From the NCBI GenBank assembly GCA_000388065.2, contig KB932201.1: DNA of 60,738 nt; one strand, 5' to 3'. This stretch comes from Fonticula alba ATCC 38817 (Eukaryota > Protista > Nucleariida). Position numbers and translations under genes: made by a program. Shown piece after piece: positions 24,713 to 33,263 of this stretch. Each line of letters begins with the position of its first letter. Position 1 is the stretch's first letter. Under the pieces are notes generated by a model that was not told where the DNA came from, did not search any database, and saw nothing but the letters and a program-made list of their open reading frames with translations.

Positions 24713-25059
24713 CCTCGGCGGTTTCCGCGCTGGGTGGCTGCTCCCTCGCCGACCAGGAGAACCGCAGCAACAAGTACAAGAAGAACTGCGACACTGCCAA
24801 GGCCATTTGCGGGTCCACCTGCACTCGTCTGGTGTATGACATGAACAACTGCGTCTCCTCGGCCAGCTGCATCACCGCCATGTCCACGCATATGTTGGGC
24901 TGTCGTCTGGCTGACCCGAAGTCCCACGGCGCCAACATCGAGGTTGGTAAGGGGTCCTACAACTGCAACTCCGCCGGGTCGCTCTTCAACCAGCCGGCCG
25001 CCCTGGCCACCGGTGCCCTGGCCGTCCTCCTTGCCCTTGTCTCCTCCTATGCTCTGTAA
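24713..25059 (+). CDS. Small secreted 8-Cys protein with GPI-like C-terminal signal, paralog A (exon 2 only; signal-peptide exon probably in gap 24502-24606)
   Basis: Acceptor TTCCAG at 24707-24712. Frame VSALGGCSLADQENRSNKYKKNCD...YNCNSAGSLFNQPAALATGALAVLLALVSSYAL aligns without gaps to paralog B. Confidence 0.8.
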
Positions 25060-25399
25060 AGGGGAGGATGCTTGTTTTTTTTTTCCCCTCTCTCTCGCTC
25101 TCACATCGTGTCCCTCCTTTGGTGGCAGGGGAATACACCTTTTGCCGCGTCACACATGTCCCCTGTGCTTTGAAGGGAGAGGGAGCGCATTTCGTGAAAT
25201 GCGCTGTCTGCACATGGGGGGGGGGGGGGGGAACGAGGGGCGGTCGAGCCCCAGGCGTGGGGCATGAGCAGGAGGCCTCACGCACCTGGGCGATGTTCAG
25301 AAAGGCCTGGGCATGTCCTGCGCCTTGTGGTGGAGGCGAAGAAAAGCCCCCCCCCCCCTCCCCAAACAACAACCTGTTGTCCCAGAGAATGCGTGGGGG

Positions 25400-26740
25400 G
25401 TATCGGGCCTCCGGCACTGTGTTTGGCAGGGAGGGCGACCGAAGGAGGCAAGTCGGGGGACCTACCCCGAGGTGCGAACAACGAAGGGAGGTGCCTCCGG
25501 CACCCGGGGCTGTCCCAGGGCGGCGAAACTCGGAAAGCTTGACTGGCGATTTAAATCACGCCGTGGTTCCCGGCGTGTAGCAGGGTTCACACGGGTTAAG
25601 CCTAAGTCAAGTGAGTGAGGCTTGACGAAGGGCACCAGTGTGATCTGCCACCCGGTTAGTAACCTCTTGGCATGAAGGAGGGGACATACCAACCAGCGGT
25701 TCACGGTCGTCTGTTACCAGATGAGTCAGTAACTCGGCTTGAGACGAGTTAGTGGCAAGCGAAAATAGAAAGGAACTCGGATGTTAAAAAGGGTTCGAGA
25801 GGAAGCCTTAGAACAGGTGTTCGTCGGCCTAACTGGTGCTTCGGCTATACTTCCGTATACTCTTCGACACACAGCTGCTAAGGCTTTCGCTCTCAGGAGG
25901 CTCTCAACGAGAGTCCCCCTTTTTGACCTTTGGGCTCGGTCAGGGGTTGGAACTGAGAACCCCGCGGCTGGGCCCGCCCACCCGCGTATCTCCGTCCTCG
26001 GTCGAGCGTTTATGCCGCTCNNNNNNNNNNTGACGAAGGGTACCAGTGTGATCTGCCACCTGGTTAGTAACCTCTTGGCATGAAGGAGGGGACATACCAA
26101 CCAGCGGTTCACGGTCGTCTGTTACCAGATGAGTCAGTAACTCGGCTTGAGACGAGTTAGTGGCAAGCGAAAATAGAAAGGAACTCGGATGTTAAAAAGG
26201 GTTCGAGAGGAAGCCTTAGAACAGGTGTTCGTCGGCCTAACTGGTGCTTCGGCTATACTTCCGTATACTCTTCGACACACAGCTGCTAAGGCTTTCGCTC
26301 TCAGGAGGCTCTCAACGAGAGTCCCCCTTTTTGACCCTTGGGCTCGGTCAGGGGTTGAAACTGAGAACCCCGCGGCTGGGCCCGCCCACCCGCGTATCTC
26401 CGTCCTCGGTCGAGCGCTTATGCCGCTCGGCCTCGGCGGCCACCTGGCTGTTGTTCTACCCCGCATTCCTCTCCGAGGAATGCTGTTCTGGGATGCTATC
26501 ATTCCCACGATGTAACACGTGTGGCAATTCACTCACGTGTTGCTTCATCTATCGTTTACATGGGGATTCCACTACACGGCGGGACAGCAACACGCCCCGG
26601 CGAGTGATCACGCCGGAAGAAGGTCCAAAATTCCGCTATATGATTCTAGGGTCCCTGTTCGCCCGGCGTCTGCCTTGGCCCCGATCTTCCAAGCAGGGAT
26701 GAGGGCATGTATAGGGCCAATTTGGTGTGCAACGCGTTCC
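25400..26740. other. Hairpin-dense, microsatellite-free structured element of unknown class (candidate endogenised RNA element or large ncRNA)
   Basis: Consecutive perfect stems, e.g. 25453-58/25465-70, 25490-25504, 25606-11/25621-26, 25730-36/25745-51, 25846-50/25855-59, 25786-93/25917-24, 26463-71/26475-83, 26597-602/26611-16. Base composition is visibly more balanced than the flanks. Boundaries are approximate. Confidence 0.6.
25623..26428. repeat. 398-bp direct repeat (25623-26020 and 26031-26428) across a 10-N gap
   Basis: Copies differ at five positions: 25633/26041, 25653/26061, 25929/26337, 25950/26358, 26009/26417. Confidence 0.95.
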
Positions 26741-27772
26741 GATCTCCCTCCTCGCCCCCCCCCCCCCCCCCCGCGCCGCCCCGGGGGGGGGGGGGGGGGG
26801 CGTGGCTGGCAATAGGCGCGTGGCGGGACCGGGAAAAGGTGTTGGCGGGACTCTGCCGGCTTGCCGGTCCTTGGGAGCTCAAACACTGCCGCCGCCGCCG
26901 CCGCCGCCGCCGCCGCAAAGGAGGCCCACTCAGTCTTCAAGACACAGGCGTTTGTGATGTGGATGCTTTCGGAAGGTGAATATGTGCGCGTGCATGTGTG
27001 CGTGTGTGTGTGTGTGTGACCGAGGAAACGACCGGGCTCTTGGGCAGGAGTTGCCAACTAAGCCTTCCGGAAATAAGGCGCCCATTCCGTGGCAGCCCCC
27101 CCAGGGCTCATGCCTTTTTCGGTCGGGGATTGCTTGCGGCTGATGCCTGCGAAGAGAAGGTCAAAATCAAGGCTGCGAGAAGACCCTCTCCGGGCCCCTG
27201 GCTTATAAGAGGCCACACGGCGCGTGGGGTCTGGCTCTCCTCCCGCTCTGACCCGCGTGCGGCCCGGGGCTCCGGATCAAAATGCCTCCGAGTCTCAGGA
27301 ATGCTCGGCCATCCATCCCACGGGGTGTGGTCATTCCCCGGGCCACCCGGATACCGGGGCTCCGGGGCTGCGAGGAGGGGGAGATGAATCAGCTCTCGTT
27401 CAGTGATTGGTTTCTCCCCCATATGGGGATGCCCACAGTCAAGGATTCTCATCACCTCTGAGCTCCCTCCACTGCCAGCGAGTCCAACAAAAAAAAAATC
27501 TTGCCGACGCGCCGGCGCCCCGAGGTGGGGTCGAGCCCAGGCGGGGCGCTTTTTCCCGGCCTGCATCGGCTAGCACAGTCTCCCGGGACTCGGGTCCAGG
27601 TCCGAAGGAGGGCGGCCGTGGGCGATGGGGTCGCAGGCAAAACAAACGACACGCTATAAAGGACGCCCTGTCCTTGATTCCCAACACACGGAGAGGCAGC
27701 AACACACTTTCTCCCTGCACCTTCTCGGACCCCCTCTTGCTTCTCGCCGCTCTCGCTTGCCTCCTCGCCACC

Positions 27773-28317
27773 ATGCGCCGCTCTCAACTTGCCTCCTTCC
27801 TGGTCCTGCTCCTGCTCGCGGTCGCCAGTATGTTACCTGTCTCCTTCTCTCTCTCTCTCTCTCTCTCTCGGTCGTCTTGCTGTGGCGACTGCTCGCCTTC
27901 TTTGTCATTTCCCCTCCCGCTGGCACTGACTCCCCCCTCCCCCTCCCCGACCTTGCTCCTTCGCCTCCAGCCACCGGTGTCTCGGCTCTGGGTGGCTGCT
28001 CCGCCGCGGACCAGGAGAACCGCGACAACAAGTACAAGAAGAAGTGCGACACCGCGGACGCCGCCTGCGGTTCCACCTGCTCTCGTCTGGTGTACGACAA
28101 GAACAACTGCATCTCCTCGTCGACTTGCAACACGGCCATGAGCGTTCTCGTGCTGGCCTGCCGCCTGCATAACCCGAAGTCCCATGCTGCCAACATCCAG
28201 ATTGGAAAGGGCTCCTACAACTGCAACTCCGCCGGGTCGCTTTTCAACCAGCCGGCCGCCCTGGCCACCGGTGCCCTGGCCGTCCTCCTGGCTCTCGTGT
28301 CCTCTTATGCTCTCTAA
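27773..28317 (+). CDS. Small secreted 8-Cys protein with GPI-like C-terminal signal, paralog B
   Basis: Exon 1 (27773-27827) encodes the signal peptide MRRSQLASFLVLLLLAVA. Phase-1 intron 27828-27970 (GTATGT...CCAG). Exon 2 is 27971-28317, with 8 Cys and a hydrophobic tail. Confidence 0.85.
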
Positions 28318-30052
28318 AACGCCAGAGGGCCGGGCGTTCCTCTTGCCCCGCGCGCTTCCCTGGTCGGCGGGGGCTCGAAAGGACAATAGCAATAATAATG
28401 ATAATAATGGCCACCTCATCGCTGCTGTCACTTGCGAACCGATGGGGCCACACGCCCAGCGGTCACATCAGCAGGCCCGAAGCTGATGCTCGTGAAAGCA
28501 GGACGCTTTTCATGTGACGGGCCCCCGTCGCCCAGTGTCCGCCCTCGCGAATGGAGAGCGCCCACCAGAGGGGCATGTCTCTGGGGGGGGGTCTTCTCTC
28601 TGCGCGATCGTGAGCGCGTGTAGGTGAGATTAGGCTCTTCTGGCTGCGGGAGGTGCACTGCGGCAAAATGATGCCTTTCTTCCGGGGGAAGCTTTTCCGG
28701 GAGCCGCACGCCGCCTTGGCACGCGCAGGTGGCAGTCTCTTCGGGGAGGAGAGGGACTTCCGCCGGCCGGGCCTTTTTGTTACGCCGTCAGTTGAGGCAT
28801 TGCGGCGGATCCTCCAATGCAAGGTAACCCGCAATCTCCCATGTGATTTCGCAGCGCGACTCGCGAGGACTTGCTGTGCTCTGAATCTGTCTGCTCATTC
28901 AGATTCCCAGACAGATGTGTTCTGGGGGTTCGCGGCGGCCACCAGCTGTCCCGCATATATTCCAGACAAGCATGCGCGATGCCTTCGGGAATAGACATCG
29001 AGGAAGGGGGGGGGGGGCGACGGCGGTGCTCGCCGGTTTGTTTGGGCAGCCTTCCCGGGCGCATCAGTGTCCCCCACGCGCAGGGCTCTCATCTTGGATA
29101 AGCCTTCTTCCCTGACCTTCAGGCTGCGTCCGGGCGCCAGCATGTTCGGTGGCCATTTGCCCACCTCCTCGAAGGCGCTCCACATGTGGCCGCTCGGGGA
29201 TGTTCCCCGCCTGTGTGGTGGGTATCAGGCCAAGGCGGCTCGGCTGGAGGGGTCCCAGCGGGACGGCGTCCGGCGCAGGGGGAACAGCTCCCCCGAAGAA
29301 GAGTCTCGTGGATATGGCAGGATCACACGACCCAGCCCCACTTCCACCGGGCCCGTTCTGAAGCACATCCAACATGAGTGGTTAATGCGCACATTTTTAT
29401 TAAAATGGAGACCTCCTCGCCCCTCCTTGCACGTTGTCCAGTTTGCCAGGGTATCTCTCTCTGCCTCTCTTGCCGTCTTCTCTCGCCGCTCCTTCCACTC
29501 CTTCCTCCCCCATCCATGGACCGACCTTGGGTGGCCGCTCCAGCGTGGAGCCTTTCTTCATCATTGTCAGCGCTCAGGGCTGGCCTTTTGCCTAATGCGC
29601 GTGAAGATGCCCACTCGCAGACAGGGTGTTGTGCCCGGATATTTGTGAGAGGGGCGGAGAGCCAACCAAAAAAAAGTACAAAGCTGACCACGGTCCCCCG
29701 AGATCGCAAGGGGAGCGAAGCGTACTGAGCGCTTCTCCGAGTGTTGTGGTCTGCCTTTTTGCAGGGTGTCGGCGCGCGTTCTCCACGGCTGGCAAGCACT
29801 CCGGGCATGTTGACCTGCTTGGCGGGGGCGCTCGGTTCCCGGAGAAGGGTGGGACATCGGCTTTGTCGGAAGTTTTATTGGGTACAAGTGTGTTTGTATA
29901 TGAAAGAAGCAGGCCCCGCACGACCAGCTACGAGTGTACATGTATATGGGGGGGGGTCATAAAAAGAGAAGAGGGGCGCGGGAGGGTCACTTCGGGGAGA
30001 CGAGGGATGGGGGGGGGGGTGAAGTCATACGGAAGGCGACACATACGTGCGC

Positions 30053-30846
30053 TTAGGCCTGGAGAACCGAGGGCAGCTCCTTGACCTCAGTGACCAGCTC
30101 CGAGTGGGCCGAAGCGTAGGAGGAGTCGAGCTTCTTGTTGGGGTTCGGGAGCATGATGACACTGGTCGGGCGCTTGGTGGCACCGGCGGCGCCGAGGTCC
30201 TCGCGGGAGGGAACGAACACATAGGGGACGGAGTTGTCCTCGCACAGGACGGGAATGTGGGAAATGACGTCGATCGGGGAGATATCGCCGGCGAAGACAA
30301 CGACACTGTGCTCGGGGTGAGGGGCGGACATTGGGGAGGGAGGGGAGCGGGGACGAGCGGGGACCACAGGCGGGGTAAGCAACGGGGCAATGGCATGGGA
30401 GGCGCAAACGCGAGGGGAAGAATCGGCAGGAAGGGGCCTGCTTCGCACCCGGTCTCCTTCTTGCGGAGGGCCTTGATGACCTCCTTGACACCGCGGCGGA
30501 GCTGCTTGGAGGAGGTGGCTTCGAGAGCGCCGTGGGGGGGGGGGGGAGAGAGAGAGGGGGAAGAAACAACAGGTCAGCTGGAGAGGCGGCGGATGGAGAG
30601 AGAGAGAGAGAGAGGGTGTGTGTGTGTGTGTGTGCGCGCGAGGGGGAGGGGGAGCATCGTACCCTGCTTGACGGTCTTCAGGACCTTCTTGGTCATCTTC
30701 TTGGAGGCCAGAGGCGAGGCGATCTCGCTGACGTTCTTGACGCGGTCCTCGTAGCTGATCTCGGTCTTCTCGGAGGAAGAGGAGGAGGTCTTGCTCTTCT
30801 TCGAGGAGCTCTCCTCCTTGGAGGACTTCTTAGAAACCTTGGTCAT
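30053..30846 (-). CDS. NHP2: H/ACA snoRNP subunit 2 (L7Ae family)
   Basis: Exons 30846-30663, 30518-30449, 30305-30053 give IASPLASKKMTKKVLKTVKQATSSKQLRRGVKEVIKALRKKETGVVVFAGDISPIDVISHIPVLCEDNSVPYVFVPSREDLGAAGATKRPTS. Confidence 0.96.
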
Positions 30847-31829
30847 GGTGGGTGGGGGTGGCCGAGCGAAAGGCAGGTGGGAGACGCGCGGCTACGTGCG
30901 AGGGGGGCGGAGGGCCGGGGGCAAGGAGGACAACAGACAAGAAGAGAGGGAGGGGAGGGAGTGCGATGGGAGAATGTGAGCAAGGGAGGGGAGGGGGGGG
31001 GGGAGAGAACACGGGCGAAAGGGGAAAGCAAGGGCAACTGACTCAGGGGGGAGGGAGGAAGAGCGACTCAGACGGGAGGAATGGGTCGATCGGGGTGGGG
31101 GTATGTCATCGGCCAAGGAGGTCTCCCTGACCTCCAGGGTGCCTGNNNNNNNNNNNNNNNNNNNNNNNNNNNNNNNNNNNNNNNNNNNNNNNNNNNNNNN
31201 NNNNNNNNNNNNNNNCGAATCCCCGACGCCACACTTGCGCTGGTGTGGGGGCGCCCGGGGGCCGGGGCACGCGCCCAGGCCACGCAGCCCTGGATGGTCT
31301 CCCGCTCCCCTGAACTTCGACGGACCAGTGGGTCGGTCGAATGGGGGGCCGGCCAGCAAGAACGAAAAAAAAAGAGGGAAAGGACACCGAGCCGGGGAGG
31401 GGGACTGCGTGGCACAGTCGACGAGGATGGCACACCCATGTGGGTGGTCGCGTGACGTCGGCACATGTGATCGAGAATGGCGTTACGCGGTTCTGAGTAT
31501 TTGGTCAATTAAGGATATCGGTGGGTAACTTTCTGTATTGTCATTCCCTCGGCCCTGCTAGCACGGGCATATTTGCCTGCACATTCGTGCCCTCGGGACT
31601 GGAGAGGGGAGCAGCAGGGTGGGGAGCGCAACAAGCCACAGACACACACACACACACACACACGCGCGCGCGCGTGCGTGCGTACGGACGAGCGTCGCGT
31701 GTGGCGGTGCAACAACATGAGGAAGATAGGGAAAGTGGGTGGCGGTCGCCGAGGAGGAGGCCCACTTGTGCAAGGAGAAAAGAGAAGGATGCAGGGGCGG
31801 CTGACAGGCAGTCGCGGCAGCTGCAGCAG

Positions 31830-33183
31830 CTAGAGGAGTAGATCGCCGACGTCGACATTTCCCAGGTCGGGTCCACGCCAGGCGGCCGAAAGGCCATCAT
31901 CATCGTCCACCAGGAGCTGCGGTATCACCGGGCTGGGATTGGCACTTGTGAGTTCGTAGTCGGAGTCACAATCATCGCTGTCCTCGACAACACGGTCCAG
32001 ATGCATGGGATGGGGCGCCAGCCGTCGGGGATGGCCCCCGGCCGGGGGCAAATCCACGAGCATGCTGTCGGCCATCGAGGAGTGGCGCCGGACCAGGGGC
32101 AGGAGGAATTTCGGCAAATCGTCAACCAGGTCCAGATCGGGATCCAGGCCATCAAGCGGGGGGCTTGGCCCTCCGCCACTGCCGGGGGCACTTTCGCCGG
32201 ACCCGGGCGGACGGAGGAGCCGGTGCGGGTGAAATGCCACCGGGGCCAGTGTTGGACTGGATCGAGGGCTAGCATGCATCGGTGGGCTAGCGGTCGGGGG
32301 GATGGCATGCTGGTGCCCGAGCCGGAGCCGGAGCCGGAGCCGGGGTCCGGCTGGCCGGTGTTCCGGGACCCGGGCAGATCCGGGCTGGGGGAATCCTCGG
32401 TCTCGCTTTCGAGCTGGGTCGACACATCGCCGGCATCAAGATCGAAGTACCGGTGGTGGCTGGCGAGCTGGTAAAATAGCCCACCCTCAAGATGGGCGCG
32501 CAGGTCCGGCGCGACGGTGACCGTGGCCGGCCGATTGAGATCGTCCAGCGCCATGGAGGGCCCATCCTCGAGCGAGAAGAGCGACGAGCGTGAGCGCTGT
32601 GAGGGGGCGGCCGACGCGGCGCCGCTGCTGCTGCCAGCATCGGCCACGGAAAACGACCCGTCCGTCAGGCTGGACACCGAGGCGCCATACGACCTGGCAG
32701 AGGCCACCGAGGGGGCGCGGGATTCGACGGCCATCGATTCGACGGTCGCCGGTGTCCCGGGCCCATCCTGAGCCAAGTGACTGATGCTGGCATGGGCGCT
32801 GGCATCACCGCCAGCTGCATTGCGCAGGGCCGCTGTCGCTCGAGCTATCAGCCGACCGGACGCCTCGTCTGGGCCGTACAAGGTGTGATATCGTTGGAAG
32901 GCTTCCAAAGCCTCGGCATATTGGCCAGCCTCAAATTGGGTGAAAGCCCGACTGAAGGCCTCCACCTCGCGCAGGAATTCCAAAGGAACCTGCTCCTTGG
33001 CGGCCAGCAGCTCATAGATGACCATGCTTCGAGTGCGTGGGTGCCCTTCGGCGCCCGCATGGCGTTCCGAATGGCCGGCCACTTGGATTCGGTCCACCGG
33101 CCGACAGAGAAGCCGCGACCGGCAGCCGCGGTACGTGGACTCGGTGATAAGGATCTGGGTGCCGTAATCCTTGGTGCGCGTGC

Positions 33184-33215
<32 letters not shown>

Positions 33216-33225
33216 NNNNNNNNNN

Positions 33226-33263
<38 letters not shown>

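Noticed and set aside
25590-25612. Pistol-ribozyme-like TTAAGCCTAAG
   Set aside because: No upstream hairpin with a complementary TTAGG loop, and the conserved GCG is absent.
25730-25751. Twister-like P4/L4 on the minus strand (AACTCG-TCTC-AAGC-CGAGTT)
   Set aside because: No correctly placed UAA-P2-GC segment or T1 partner in any of the P1, P3 or P5 permutations that I could trace by eye. A covariance-model search is still worthwhile.
25715-25770. Hammerhead-like CAGATGA-stem-...GCGAAA
   Set aside because: Core is CAGAUGA, not CUGANGA; four extra bases separate stem II from GAAA; no stem III with a UH cleavage site can be formed.
25623-26428. LTR pair or CRISPR-like array
   Set aside because: The repeats abut across a 10-N gap with no internal domain, no TG...CA ends, and no repeat-spacer periodicity.
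25400-26740. rRNA, telomerase RNA, SRP RNA, RNase P/MRP or snRNA identity for the structured element
   Set aside because: No universal rRNA signature, no CTAACCCT-type template, no SRP helix-8 CAGG/AGCAG pair, no complementary CR-I/CR-V P4 helix, and no snRNA 5' motif. Matches such as AAGGAACTCGG and GAGGCAAGTCGGGG are short and lack context.
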